DNA of 64,000 bases from an uncultured Eubacteriales bacterium (lineage in GTDB: Bacteria > Bacillota > Clostridia > Oscillospirales > CAG-382). Of this stretch, positions 50,908-61,080 are shown in pieces. Numbering within the stretch: the first letter of the stretch is position 1; each line of letters starts with the position of its first letter. The stretch covers positions 70,464-134,463 of the forward strand of contig CAKSCV010000002.1 in the NCBI GenBank assembly GCA_934444645.1, read 5' to 3'. The position numbers and the translations under genes are program-made. A model generated the notes under the pieces. It was not told the DNA's origin. It worked only from the letters and a program-made list of their open reading frames with translations, and made no database searches.

Positions 50908-52538
50908 ATCAACCGCTCATCCTTTTGCGTGATATCCATGTCGCCCTGACACGAAAATCAAGTGCGGAGCACGATGCCGAAGCGCTTGAAATCGCTGAGA
51001 ACCGCTATCGCCGAACGCTTTCAAAGGCTTTCGGCGAAGCTGACTTTTTTGTGTATAAAAAATCGGTGGACGCACGGAATAAAAATAAAATTTCCTATAT
51101 TTATACCGTTTCGATGATTCCGCGTGAAGTGATTTCAGAAACGAACTATCAAAAGCTTGCGCCGCCGTTTTCCGTTGCCCGACCCTATACGCCGGACTTT
51201 TCGGTATTTTGCAAGGCTGAAAACAAATATGAAAGTCCGGTCGTTGTCGGCTTCGGTCCGGCCGGTATGTTTTGTGCTTATGCCTTGGCCCAAGCAGGCT
51301 TGCGGCCGATCATCGTCGAACGCGGCAGTAAAATCGAACGGCGCACCGAAAAAGTCGAAACGTATTGGAAAACCGGCGTTCTTGATGAAAACACGAATGT
51401 CCAATTCGGCGAAGGCGGTGCCGGTACGTTTTCTGACGGCAAGCTTTTGACGCGCATCAGCGACCCGTTATGCGGCTTTGTTCTTCGCACGTTTCGCACT
51501 TTCGGCGCACCGGAGGAGATTATGTATCTTGCAAAGCCTCATATCGGTACGGATAAGCTGCGCGTCGTGGTGAAAAACCTCCGTGAGGAAATTGTGCGTT
51601 TAGGCGGCAGATTCCTGTTTGATACAACGCTTACGGGACTTATCAAGAACTCGGACGGCATGATTTCTGCTGTGCAGACAAGCCAAGGAAATATCGCGTC
51701 TTCGGCGTTATTTTTATGCGTCGGTCACAGCGCACGGGATACGTTTTCCGTTTTAACGCAAAATGAGATTATGTTGTCTCCAAAGCCGTTTTCAGTCGGT
51801 GTTCGCGTCGAGCATCTGCAAACGGATATCGATACGGCGTTATACGGTAAATACGCCGGCTATCCATCCTTGGATCCGGCTTCCTATACGCTTTCCGCAA
51901 AGGTTGGTTCACGGGCTGTCTATTCGTTTTGTATGTGTCCGGGCGGTGTGGTTGTGGCTTCAGCATCTTCGGCAGAGGAAATCGTCACCAACGGAATGAG
52001 CTACTATGCCCGAAATGGCAAAAACGCAAATGCTGCCATTGCCGTATCGGTTGCTCCCTGTGACTACGGCGCCACCGTAGAAGGAGCCATTGCCTTTCAA
52101 AAGCAAATCGAACGCGCAGCATTTTCGCTTGCAGGCAGTGATGCAGCAGCACCGATTCAAACGCTCGGCGACTTTTTGAGCGATACATGTACGCATACGG
52201 CCGGGCGCATTCAGCCGACCTATACCGGAAAAACGGCTTACCGCCGCCTTTCGGAGGTGTTTCCGGCGTTTGTTACCGACTCGTTAAAGGTCGGATTTGG
52301 CATATTTGAAAAACATATTGCCGGTTTTTCTGTGCCGGACGCAGTCTTGACAGCTCCCGAAACACGTACATCAAGTCCGGTTCGTATGGACAGAACGCCT
52401 GGCGGCACATCGGTGTCTGCGCCAAACCTTTATCCGTGCGGTGAAGGTGCCGGATTTGCCGGTGGAATTACAAGCGCGGCAGTCGATGGCTTGAAAAGCG
52501 CGCTGCTGTATTTAGAAAAACTGAAAAACGATTGCTAA
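50904..52538 (+). CDS. FAD-dependent protein of unknown function (COG2509-like NAD(P)/FAD oxidoreductase)
   Basis: 'VVVGFGPAGMFCAYALAQAGLRPIIVERG' dinucleotide fold, 'GEGGAGTFSDGKL' and a C-terminal 'YPCGEGAGFAGGI'. The ATG overlaps the cdaR stop codon (ATGA at 50904-50907). Confidence 0.8.
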   Translation: MNQPLILLRDIHVALTRKSSAEHDAEALEIAENRYRRTLSKAFGEADFFVYKKSVDARNKNKISYIYTVSMIPREVISETNYQKLAPPFSVARPYTPDFSVFCKAENKYESPVVVGFGPAGMFCAYALAQAGLRPIIVERGSKIERRTEKVETYWKTGVLDENTNVQFGEGGAGTFSDGKLLTRISDPLCGFVLRTFRTFGAPEEIMYLAKPHIGTDKLRVVVKNLREEIVRLGGRFLFDTTLTGLIKNSDGMISAVQTSQGNIASSALFLCVGHSARDTFSVLTQNEIMLSPKPFSVGVRVEHLQTDIDTALYGKYAGYPSLDPASYTLSAKVGSRAVYSFCMCPGGVVVASASSAEEIVTNGMSYYARNGKNANAAIAVSVAPCDYGATVEGAIAFQKQIERAAFSLAGSDAAAPIQTLGDFLSDTCTHTAGRIQPTYTGKTAYRRLSEVFPAFVTDSLKVGFGIFEKHIAGFSVPDAVLTAPETRTSSPVRMDRTPGGTSVSAPNLYPCGEGAGFAGGITSAAVDGLKSALLYLEKLKNDC

Positions 52539-52568
52539 GCCGATACGTGCTTGAAACGGAGGAATCCC

Positions 52569-53015
52569 ATGAAAACAACCGGAACCGTGCTTGCGGCCGC
52601 TGACGGAAAAGCAACGGTGCGTGTTTTTCGCGAAAGCCCCTGCGCCGCCTGTAAAGGGTGTGTCGGCGGTGCTTGCCATGCGGAGTTTGCGTTTGACAGC
52701 GACCCGGTCGGCATTACGGTTGCCGCACGTGATCCGATAGGCGTGCATAAGGGCGATGTGGTTGAACTGTACAGTGAGAATCGTTTTACACTTGGTTTGG
52801 CATTTCTCTTGTTCGGATTGCCGTTTGTCATAGCCGTGCTTTTAGGCGGTGTGACAGGAGCACTGGTTTCAGCCGGGTGGGGCATTGGCAGTGGTGTTGC
52901 AGCCTTTGTGCTGTCTTTTGTGATGCTTGCCTTTTGGGGTGACCGCGTCAGTGCTGCAAAAAGCCAAACTGTAATTACAAAAATTATGAAGGAGAGCGGC
53001 AGATATTTGCCGTAA
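52569..53015 (+). CDS. RseC/MucC (SoxR-reducing system) family protein
   Basis: N-terminal 'GTVLAAADGKATVRV..ESPCAACKGCVGGACH' followed by two TM helices. SD 'GGAGGA' lies upstream of ATG 52569. Confidence 0.7.
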   Translation: MKTTGTVLAAADGKATVRVFRESPCAACKGCVGGACHAEFAFDSDPVGITVAARDPIGVHKGDVVELYSENRFTLGLAFLLFGLPFVIAVLLGGVTGALVSAGWGIGSGVAAFVLSFVMLAFWGDRVSAAKSQTVITKIMKESGRYLP

Positions 53016-53021
53016 CAGTGT

Positions 53022-55151
53022 ATGCATATGAAATCTGCCGGAAACACCTTTTGGACGATCGGAAAGGTCGATGAGACCCTTGCGCAAAAGCTTGCCGATA
53101 CCTTAGGCATTTCCGATTTTATGGCAAAGCTTGTGATTTCACGCGGTATTACCGATCCCGATTCGGCAAAAGATTATCTTTTCGGCCGTGCAGAGCTTTT
53201 GCATGACCCGTTTTTACTGCCGGATATGGAAAAAGCGGTTGAACGCATTCAAAAAGCTATTGCCGATAATGAAAAAATTCTCATTTACGGCGATTATGAC
53301 GTGGACGGTGTTACCTCGGTATCGTTGCTGCTTTTATACTTGCGAGAGCACGGCGGCAATGTCGATTACTATATTCCCGAACGCATCAGCGAAGGGTATG
53401 GGCTGAACAAGGCTGCTATTGAACGCTTTGCTGCCAATGCCGTGAATCTGATCATTACCGTTGACAGCGGCATTACGGCAAGCGATGAGGTCGCTTTTGC
53501 AGCCGAACACGGCATCGATGTAGTCGTGACCGATCACCATGAATGCCGCGAAGAGCTTCCGAAAGCGGTGGCAGTCATCAATCCGCACCGTCCGGATAGC
53601 CTCTATCCGTTTGCCGAGCTTGCCGGCGTCGGCGTTGTTTTTAAGCTCGTTTGTGCGTTGGAGGGCAACAAAAACATCGCCCGAATCTGTTCCAAATATG
53701 CGGATATCGCATCCCTTGGAACGGTGGCGGACGTTATGCCGATTGTCGGTGAAAACCGCGTAATCGTCAAGCTTGGCTTAGAGCGTTTGGAAAAAACGTC
53801 CAACGAGGGGCTATATGCACTGATTCATGCGGCGTTTTCCGAAAAGCATTCCGCAAAAAACCGCAAGCTGAACACGGCCTCCATCGGGTTCGGTCTTGCG
53901 CCGCGCATCAATGCTGCCGGACGTATCGGCGATGTCAACCGCGCCGTCAAACTGCTTATCACAGAAAACAAGCAAGAAGCGACCAATATTGCGGATTATC
54001 TTTGTTCAGTCAATCGCGAAAGGCAGCTGATCGAAAATCAGATTTTCGAACAAGCCGTTGAAAAGCTTGAGAACACGAAGGAATATGAAAACGACAAGGT
54101 TATCGTGCTTACATCGGATCATTGGCACTTGGGTGTTATCGGGATTGTTGCATCAAAGCTGACCGACCGCTATGGACTTCCGTCAATTCTCATCTCTTGT
54201 GATGGGGATGTCGGCAAAGGTTCGGGAAGAAGCGTAAAAGGCTTCAATATCAATGAGGCCATTTCACGGTGCAAGGAATATTTGATCAAATACGGCGGAC
54301 ATGAGCTTGCTGCCGGTCTTACAATCGCGCGTGATAAGGTGGATGCGTTCCGCGAAAAAATCAATGCCTACGCCGCCGAAACATTCGATTTCGATAATGT
54401 TTCCACAGAGCTTCATGCCGATATGGAGCTGCAAGCCGAGGAATTTTCACTTGAAAACGCTTTGGATTTATTGAAGCTTGAACCGTTTGGCTTACATAAC
54501 GAAGAACCGTTATTTTATATGGCGGATGTGAGCATCCGTGAGATTATTTCGATCGGCGAAGGAAAACATATAAAGTTGATTTTGGAAAAAGACGGCGTTA
54601 TCATAACAGCGGTATATTTTGGAATGCCGAAAGAGGAGTTCCCGTTTTTTGAAGGAATGCACGCGGATTTTCTTTTTAACATGGGATATAACGACTTTCG
54701 CGGCTGCCGAACGGTGCAGATGTTCGTGCGTGATGTTCGTCCGGAAAGCAAGGCCTATGCCGCAAAGCACCGTTCGGAAACACTGTTTGCGGCGGTAAAA
54801 ACGGGACTTGTTGCATGCCCGAAGGAACAGATTCCGGAGCTTATCCAGTTCCGCACGGTTTTTCTGTATCTCAAAGCAACCTTGCGCGAATACGGAAAGC
54901 CGCTTGAACTGTTAGTCTTCCGTTCGGCTGCGCGTGTTTCGACTGACTATAAAACCGTTGTAACGCCGTGCATGTTCAACATTGCCTTGGAAGTCTTCGC
55001 TGAAATGAAGCTTATCGAGCTTGAGCGCAAAAGTGATCCGGATACGGTGAAAATCACGCTCGTGCCTACAACGGGAAAAGTCGATTTGAATAATTCCGCC
55101 TTTTTGAAACGTATCAAAGCAAAATCTGAGGAGCAAAGTCTATGTCAGTAA
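53022..55151 (+). CDS. recJ: Single-stranded-DNA-specific exonuclease RecJ
   Basis: DHH motifs 'IYGDYDVDGVTS', 'ITVDSGI' and 'VVTDHHE', and DHHA1 'GGHELAAG'. An alternative ATG is at 53028. Confidence 0.92.
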   Translation: MHMKSAGNTFWTIGKVDETLAQKLADTLGISDFMAKLVISRGITDPDSAKDYLFGRAELLHDPFLLPDMEKAVERIQKAIADNEKILIYGDYDVDGVTSVSLLLLYLREHGGNVDYYIPERISEGYGLNKAAIERFAANAVNLIITVDSGITASDEVAFAAEHGIDVVVTDHHECREELPKAVAVINPHRPDSLYPFAELAGVGVVFKLVCALEGNKNIARICSKYADIASLGTVADVMPIVGENRVIVKLGLERLEKTSNEGLYALIHAAFSEKHSAKNRKLNTASIGFGLAPRINAAGRIGDVNRAVKLLITENKQEATNIADYLCSVNRERQLIENQIFEQAVEKLENTKEYENDKVIVLTSDHWHLGVIGIVASKLTDRYGLPSILISCDGDVGKGSGRSVKGFNINEAISRCKEYLIKYGGHELAAGLTIARDKVDAFREKINAYAAETFDFDNVSTELHADMELQAEEFSLENALDLLKLEPFGLHNEEPLFYMADVSIREIISIGEGKHIKLILEKDGVIITAVYFGMPKEEFPFFEGMHADFLFNMGYNDFRGCRTVQMFVRDVRPESKAYAAKHRSETLFAAVKTGLVACPKEQIPELIQFRTVFLYLKATLREYGKPLELLVFRSAARVSTDYKTVVTPCMFNIALEVFAEMKLIELERKSDPDTVKITLVPTTGKVDLNNSAFLKRIKAKSEEQSLCQ

Positions 55152-57385
55152 CCTATGAGGAGCTTGAAAAGCAGCTTGTCGCTGCCAAGCGTCCGTATAA
55201 TATGGAAAAGATCCGCGCGGCATACGAATATGCCGCTGCGATGCACGACGGACAGTTCCGCAAGTCCGGCGAACCGTATATTACGCATCCGATTTCGGTG
55301 GCAATCATCGTGGCAGAGCTTGCCTTGGATACCGATTCCATCTGTGCGGCACTGTTACATGATACCATTGAAGACTGTAAAGATAAAACCAATTTGGAGC
55401 TGCTAAAGAAAAAATTCGGCGATGAGGTCGCCGAGCTGGTGGACGGCTTAACAAAGCTTACCGATATCCACTTTGAGAACAAAGAGGATGAAAGCATTGA
55501 AAATTTGCGCAAAATGTTTCTTGCCATGTCCAAGGACATTCGCGTGATTTTCATCAAGCTTGCCGATCGCCTGCACAATATGCGCACGCTTTCCGCAAAA
55601 AGCGAAGGACGGCAGCGTTCCATTGCACTGGAAACCATGCACGTCTATGCGCCGCTTGCACACCGTCTCGGTATCCAGCGTATCAAAAACGAGCTTGAAA
55701 ATTTAGCACTCAAATACCTCGACCCGATCGGGTATAATGAGGTCCGCAAGGATATCGAATACCGTTACGGCCAAAGCAAGGATTTCCTTGAAACTGCTAA
55801 AAACCAGGTGACGGACAAGCTAAAGGAAATGGGCATTAAGTTCACGTTAGAGGGACGTGTGAAGTCGATCTACAGCATCTACAAGAAGATGTACAATCAA
55901 AACAAAAGCTTTGATGAGATATACGATTTCTACGCCATCCGCGTGATCGTCGATACCGAGCTTGAATGCTACACGGTCTTAGGCGTTATCCACGAAATGT
56001 TCAATCTCATGCCCGGCCGGTTTAAGGACTATATCTCCACGCCGAAGCCGAATATGTACCGTTCGCTGCACACAACCGTCATCGGCAAGCAAGGCATCCC
56101 GATTGAGGTTCAGATCCGAACCTGGGAAATGCACGAAATTGCCGAATACGGTATCGCGGCGCACTGGAAATATAAATCGGGTGATGTGGATAAAGAGAAC
56201 ATTTCCGAAAAGCTGAAATGGATCAAAACACTCATTGAAAACGAAAACACGGCAGGCGACGCGGACGAATTTCTGCGCCCGTTAAAAATCGATTTGTTTG
56301 AGGATGAAACCTTCATTTTTACGCCGAAAGGCGATGTTATCAGTCTGCCGTATGGGTCGAACACCATTGACTTTGCCTATTCGATCCACTCCCAGGTCGG
56401 CAACAAAATGGTGGGTGCCAAGGTCAACGGCGTTATCGTTCCGATCGATACGGTGCTTCAAACCGGACAGATTTGTGAAATTGTGACCTCTGCTTCCTCC
56501 AAAGGCCCGAGCCGTGATTGGTTAAAAATCGTCAAAACCAGTGAAGCAAAAAACAAAATCCGCCAGTGGTTCAAAAAGGAAAAACGCGACGAAAACATCG
56601 TCGAAGGCAAAAACGAGATCGACCGCGAATTTAAGCGTTACGGCAAAAGCTATACCGAAGCACAGAAGAACGAGATTGTCGAGAATGTCGCCAAACGCTC
56701 CGGCTTTGTCGATGTGGACGATTTTTACAATAATCTCGGCTACGGCGGAATGTCTGTGACAAAATTTGCGGCACGCTTGCGCGATGAATTTGACAGGGTC
56801 GTCTGTGTTGAGGAAGAAAAGCCTGCCAATCCCATGGATGCCATTGTCACGACCGATAAAGATCCGAATCAAGAGAGCAAGCGTCAGAAGGAAAAAGCGA
56901 CCGGCGCGATACAAAGCGTCATTGTCGACAGCATCGATAACTGCCAAGTGCGCTTTGCGAAATGCTGCAATCCGCTGCCGGGCGACAGTATTATCGGGTT
57001 TGTTACGCGCGGCTTTGGCGTTTCGGTGCATAAATACGATTGCCCGAATGCTGTGGCAGGCCTCAAAAAAGAAGATGAAAAGGATCGTTGGGTCACCGTG
57101 CGTTGGTCGCGCGTGTCGCTTGAACAAGGCGAAAATACGACAGGCGCCTTCGAAACGCTCTTGCAGATATATGCCAACAGCTCGCTTAGCATTTTTGCCG
57201 AGATTTCAGCAATTTTCGCCGAAATGCGCGTGCCGGTGCATTCCATGAATTCCAAGGAGACCTCAGCCGGCGGCATGATCATCAATTTAACCATTACCTG
57301 CCGCAATACGGCACACGTCAATAACATCGTTTCGCGCCTGAAAAAGATCAAGGACGTTGTCGATGTCACACGAGGGTTTTCCTAA
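55142..57385 (+). CDS. relA: Bifunctional (p)ppGpp synthetase/hydrolase (RSH family)
   Basis: HD hydrolase 'LHDTIEDC', synthetase 'GRVKSIYSIYKKM..YDFYAIRVIV', and TGS and ACT-like C-terminal domains. SD 'GAGGAG' lies upstream. Confidence 0.95.
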   Translation: MSVTYEELEKQLVAAKRPYNMEKIRAAYEYAAAMHDGQFRKSGEPYITHPISVAIIVAELALDTDSICAALLHDTIEDCKDKTNLELLKKKFGDEVAELVDGLTKLTDIHFENKEDESIENLRKMFLAMSKDIRVIFIKLADRLHNMRTLSAKSEGRQRSIALETMHVYAPLAHRLGIQRIKNELENLALKYLDPIGYNEVRKDIEYRYGQSKDFLETAKNQVTDKLKEMGIKFTLEGRVKSIYSIYKKMYNQNKSFDEIYDFYAIRVIVDTELECYTVLGVIHEMFNLMPGRFKDYISTPKPNMYRSLHTTVIGKQGIPIEVQIRTWEMHEIAEYGIAAHWKYKSGDVDKENISEKLKWIKTLIENENTAGDADEFLRPLKIDLFEDETFIFTPKGDVISLPYGSNTIDFAYSIHSQVGNKMVGAKVNGVIVPIDTVLQTGQICEIVTSASSKGPSRDWLKIVKTSEAKNKIRQWFKKEKRDENIVEGKNEIDREFKRYGKSYTEAQKNEIVENVAKRSGFVDVDDFYNNLGYGGMSVTKFAARLRDEFDRVVCVEEEKPANPMDAIVTTDKDPNQESKRQKEKATGAIQSVIVDSIDNCQVRFAKCCNPLPGDSIIGFVTRGFGVSVHKYDCPNAVAGLKKEDEKDRWVTVRWSRVSLEQGENTTGAFETLLQIYANSSLSIFAEISAIFAEMRVPVHSMNSKETSAGGMIINLTITCRNTAHVNNIVSRLKKIKDVVDVTRGFS

Positions 57386-57409
57386 TATTTTTCGAAAGGA
57401 TTTTCTTGC

Positions 57410-57874
57410 ATGATTGCTTTGATACAACGTGTTGCCAATGCCGCCGTTACGGTGGAGGACAACCAAATCTCTCAAATTGGCCGCGGCTTTTTAGTTCTCT
57501 TGGGCGTTTTTGAAGGCGATACGGAAAACGAAATGCGCCTGCTTGCAAAAAAAACAGCCAATTTACGCATTTTCACCGATGAAAACGATAAAATGAATCT
57601 TTCGCCGTCTATGCTTCTTGAGCGCGGTGAAAGCTGCGAAATGTTGGTTGTGTCCCAGTTTACGCTGTGTGCTGCGTGCAAGGGACAAAACCGCCCGTCG
57701 TTTATGGCGGCTGCCGCGCCGGATAAAGCGAACAAGCTGTACGAAGAGTTTGTTGAAGAGCTGCGAAATGTTTACGGGTTTACGGTCGGAACGGGCGAAT
57801 TCGCCGCGCATATGCAGGTTTCGCTTGTCAATAACGGTCCGGTAACCATTATTTTAGACACGGAAAAGCTGTGA
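57410..57874 (+). CDS. dtd: D-aminoacyl-tRNA deacylase
   Basis: 'MIALIQRV', 'VVSQFTL' and 'NNGPVTIILD', the canonical Dtd blocks. Confidence 0.93.
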   Translation: MIALIQRVANAAVTVEDNQISQIGRGFLVLLGVFEGDTENEMRLLAKKTANLRIFTDENDKMNLSPSMLLERGESCEMLVVSQFTLCAACKGQNRPSFMAAAAPDKANKLYEEFVEELRNVYGFTVGTGEFAAHMQVSLVNNGPVTIILDTEKL

Positions 57875-57878
57875 TTTT

Positions 57879-59372
57879 ATGCGTTTAATCTTAAAGGATA
57901 CAACCGATACCATCAAGGAAAACTATCTTCAGTCGCTTGCTCTTCTGTATTTGCCGTGTGAAACGTTTTCGCCGACCGAAGAAGAGGACAAGCTTTTATC
58001 GGTTTCAGTAAGTGTCTCGGACGGAGGTTTGACGGCGGAGCTTTCTTTCAAGTATTATGACAAAACGGCTTGCGCACATCGGTTCGAAACGCTAGCCGAC
58101 ACGCCCGAAGAACCGTTTCGCCTACAGGTGAAACTGCTTGTCGGCGGCTTGTTTTTGGAAGCTGCAAAAGAACTGTTCGGTTATCTTCCGCCATGGGGCA
58201 TCGTGACCGGTATCCGGCCGGCCAAGCTCGCGGCTGATTATTTGAACAAGTACGGTGACCAAGAGACAAAACGGATTCTATGCGAGAAGTATTTCGTACA
58301 CCCGAATCGCGCCGACCTTTGCATCCGTACCGCTGCAAACGAAAAACGTTTGGTCGCACCGCTTTTTGAAAAGCCCTTCGAAAAAACGTGCAGTTTGTAT
58401 ATTTCCATCCCGTTTTGCCCGTCCAAATGCCGGTATTGCTCATTTGTTTCGGCAACCACACCGCGCTTGTTGGCACTGATTCCGGCGTATTTTGAAAAGC
58501 TGCTTGATGAAATCGCATCGATCTCCGAAACGATCCGAGCACTCGGCTTAAAGCTTTGCAGTGTCTATGTCGGCGGCGGAACACCGGCGGTGTTAAGTGC
58601 AGATCAAATCGCCGTATTAACCGAAAAAATCCATCAGTTGTTCGATATGACCGGCGTTGAATTCACCTTTGAAGCCGGTCGGCCGGACTGCATTACCATC
58701 GAAAAGTTACAGGCACTCAAGGACGGCAGTGTCACACGTATCAGCATAAACACCCAAACTGCAAACAACGATGTTTTGGCTGCCGTCGGTCGCAAGCATA
58801 CCTTTGAAGATTATGAAAAATGCATGAATGACGCGCGAAAGGTTGGCATAAGCTGTATCAATACCGATTTGATTGCCGGATTGCCCGGCGAAACAGCGAA
58901 AAGCTTTTGTGAGAGCGTCCGTAAGGTGTGTCAGCTGTCGCCTGAAAATGTGACGGTTCACGCGTTTACGCTCAAACGCTCTTCGGAGTATAAGACGGCG
59001 CACACGGCGCATATTGACAGTGCCTCTCGAACGGCTTTCGAGATGATTTCGTCTGCCGGCACGTTTCTGACGAATAGGCACTATGAGCCGTATTATATGT
59101 ACCGGCAGAAGAACACCGTCGGAAATCTCGATAACACGGGATTTTCCTTACCCGGTTACGAATGCCTGTACAATATCTATATGATGGGCGAATATCATAC
59201 GGTGTTTGCCGCCGGCGCCGGTGCCGTCACAAAATACGTTTCGCGCGACCGTGAACGGATCGAAAGGACATTTTGCGTGAAATATCCGTATGAATACTTG
59301 GATCCCCAAAAATATCCAGGCTTTGATCGCGCGTTTGCCGAGCATTTCTATCAATCGGTATATGAAAAATAA
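57879..59372 (+). CDS. hemZ: HemN/HemZ-family radical SAM protein (coproporphyrinogen-dehydrogenase-like)
   Basis: 'IPFCPSKCRYCSF' (CX3CX2C), 'VYVGGGTP', and a HemN-like C-terminal region. The ~500-aa length and the position after dtd are typical of HemZ annotations in Firmicutes. Confidence 0.75.
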   Translation: MRLILKDTTDTIKENYLQSLALLYLPCETFSPTEEEDKLLSVSVSVSDGGLTAELSFKYYDKTACAHRFETLADTPEEPFRLQVKLLVGGLFLEAAKELFGYLPPWGIVTGIRPAKLAADYLNKYGDQETKRILCEKYFVHPNRADLCIRTAANEKRLVAPLFEKPFEKTCSLYISIPFCPSKCRYCSFVSATTPRLLALIPAYFEKLLDEIASISETIRALGLKLCSVYVGGGTPAVLSADQIAVLTEKIHQLFDMTGVEFTFEAGRPDCITIEKLQALKDGSVTRISINTQTANNDVLAAVGRKHTFEDYEKCMNDARKVGISCINTDLIAGLPGETAKSFCESVRKVCQLSPENVTVHAFTLKRSSEYKTAHTAHIDSASRTAFEMISSAGTFLTNRHYEPYYMYRQKNTVGNLDNTGFSLPGYECLYNIYMMGEYHTVFAAGAGAVTKYVSRDRERIERTFCVKYPYEYLDPQKYPGFDRAFAEHFYQSVYEK

Positions 59373-59385
59373 CGGCAAATAAAGG

Positions 59386-61053
59386 GTGATTGATTTGGCA
59401 AAACAGGGCAGTCAGACATTTGTTTTCGGCGCGGTCATTCTCATGGTTTCCAACATTCTGGTCAAGATAATCGGTGCTGTTTTCAAGATTCCGCTGACCA
59501 ACATCATCGGCGTGGACGGCATGGCGTATTTCAATGCCGCTTACAGCATTTATGTGACGCTGTACAATGTTTCTACCTCCGGGCTTCCGGTTGCCATTTC
59601 GCGTATGGTTGCCGCTGAAAATGCCGGAAACAACCTCAAAGCCGCAAATCGGATTTTTTCGGTTGCATTTCGGCTGTTCTTTTTCATCGGCCTTGCCGGA
59701 ACGCTCATCATGACTCTTTTTGCTGACCGCTTTGCAGCTTTTTGCGGAATTGCACAGGCAAAGCTCGCCACGATGGTCGTTGCGCCGACACTCTTTTTTA
59801 TCTGCCTTTCTTCTGCCTGCCGCGGGTATTTTCAGGGCTTGCAGAATATGGTGCCGACGGCGGTTTCCAATATCATTGAAGCGTTCGGAAAGCTTGGAAT
59901 CGGCTTAGCTGCGGCGTGGTATTTTTGTTTAGTCAGGCAATATCCGCTGCCGCAGGTTGCCGCTTTTGTCATTTCCGGCGTAACCGTCGGTGTTTTTGCC
60001 GCGACGGTGTATATTTATATCGAAAAAGCGCGTTTTTGTCGCTCGGAAGATTTTGTAAAACGCTTAATTGACAGCGAAGCACTTGTGCAATCGCCGCGAA
60101 AAAGCATCTTGCGAGAGCTTGTGGTAACAGCCGTTCCGATCGTGCTTGCGTCCTCCGTGATGGGGCTTACCAATACGGCGGATACCTTTCTTATTGCGCG
60201 GCGGCTTGCGGCGGCAGGGCTGCCGGTGTCTGCTGCTACCTCTTTCTACGGCACCTATTCGGCGATGACGGTACCGTTATTCAACATGATTCCGCCGCTC
60301 ATTTATCCGTTTGCCATCGGCATCATTCCGGCACTGTCCGCATCAATTTCCAAAGGGGATTCCAAAGCTTGCGGCTCACAAACGACCTCAGCCTTTCGAT
60401 TGGCGGCGATTGTTGCTGTTCCGTGTGCGGTCGGTATGTGCGTGCTTTCGGGCAATATTATTTCGTTTTTGTTTTCGGGAAGCCGCCGGGAAATCGCTTT
60501 CGGCGAAACGACTGTTACAACGACTGCACTTGCTGCTGCGGCATTGCGGATCTTAGCACCTGCAGTTTTCTTTCTCGGTATGATCGCCATTACCAATGCG
60601 GTATTGCAGGCCTATCGCCAAGAACGCAAGACCATTATTTCCACAACGGCCGGAATTGCTGTGAAAATCCTGCTTACCTATTGGCTGTCAGCTCTGCCGG
60701 ATTTAGGCATCAACGGCGCAGCCTTGGGAACGGCGGCGTGCTATTTTACCGTTTTTGCATTGAATTTATATTTTGTGATAAGATATACGCACTTTATACC
60801 GCGTATCCGGGATGTTTTTCTGAAACCGGCAGTAGCCGGACTTCTTTGCGGCGCGGCTGCTGTCATAGCAGTAAAGCTGCTTGACGGTCATATACCCGAA
60901 AAGCTTGTGACACTTGCGGCGATTCTGCTTGCAGCTTTTGTATATGGCACGATGTTGTTTATGCTTCGCGGTGTTGCAAGAGAAGACCTCTTGATGCTGC
61001 CGAAAGGCGAAAAGCTGTGCCGCGTGTTAGATAAATGGGGACTGCTTTTGTAA
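59386..61053 (+). CDS. MOP-superfamily flippase (MurJ/SpoVB/YabM-like polysaccharide/lipid II exporter)
   Basis: About 14 hydrophobic helices and a typical N-terminus 'GAVILMVSNILVKIIGAVFKIPLTNIIG..GMAYFNAAYSIY'. Its position before mazG-S4-yabP-yabQ-divIC matches B. subtilis yabM. GTG start. Confidence 0.8.
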   Translation: MIDLAKQGSQTFVFGAVILMVSNILVKIIGAVFKIPLTNIIGVDGMAYFNAAYSIYVTLYNVSTSGLPVAISRMVAAENAGNNLKAANRIFSVAFRLFFFIGLAGTLIMTLFADRFAAFCGIAQAKLATMVVAPTLFFICLSSACRGYFQGLQNMVPTAVSNIIEAFGKLGIGLAAAWYFCLVRQYPLPQVAAFVISGVTVGVFAATVYIYIEKARFCRSEDFVKRLIDSEALVQSPRKSILRELVVTAVPIVLASSVMGLTNTADTFLIARRLAAAGLPVSAATSFYGTYSAMTVPLFNMIPPLIYPFAIGIIPALSASISKGDSKACGSQTTSAFRLAAIVAVPCAVGMCVLSGNIISFLFSGSRREIAFGETTVTTTALAAAALRILAPAVFFLGMIAITNAVLQAYRQERKTIISTTAGIAVKILLTYWLSALPDLGINGAALGTAACYFTVFALNLYFVIRYTHFIPRIRDVFLKPAVAGLLCGAAAVIAVKLLDGHIPEKLVTLAAILLAAFVYGTMLFMLRGVAREDLLMLPKGEKLCRVLDKWGLLL

Positions 61054-61080
61054 ATGCAGCTTATAAAAAGGATGGATACT

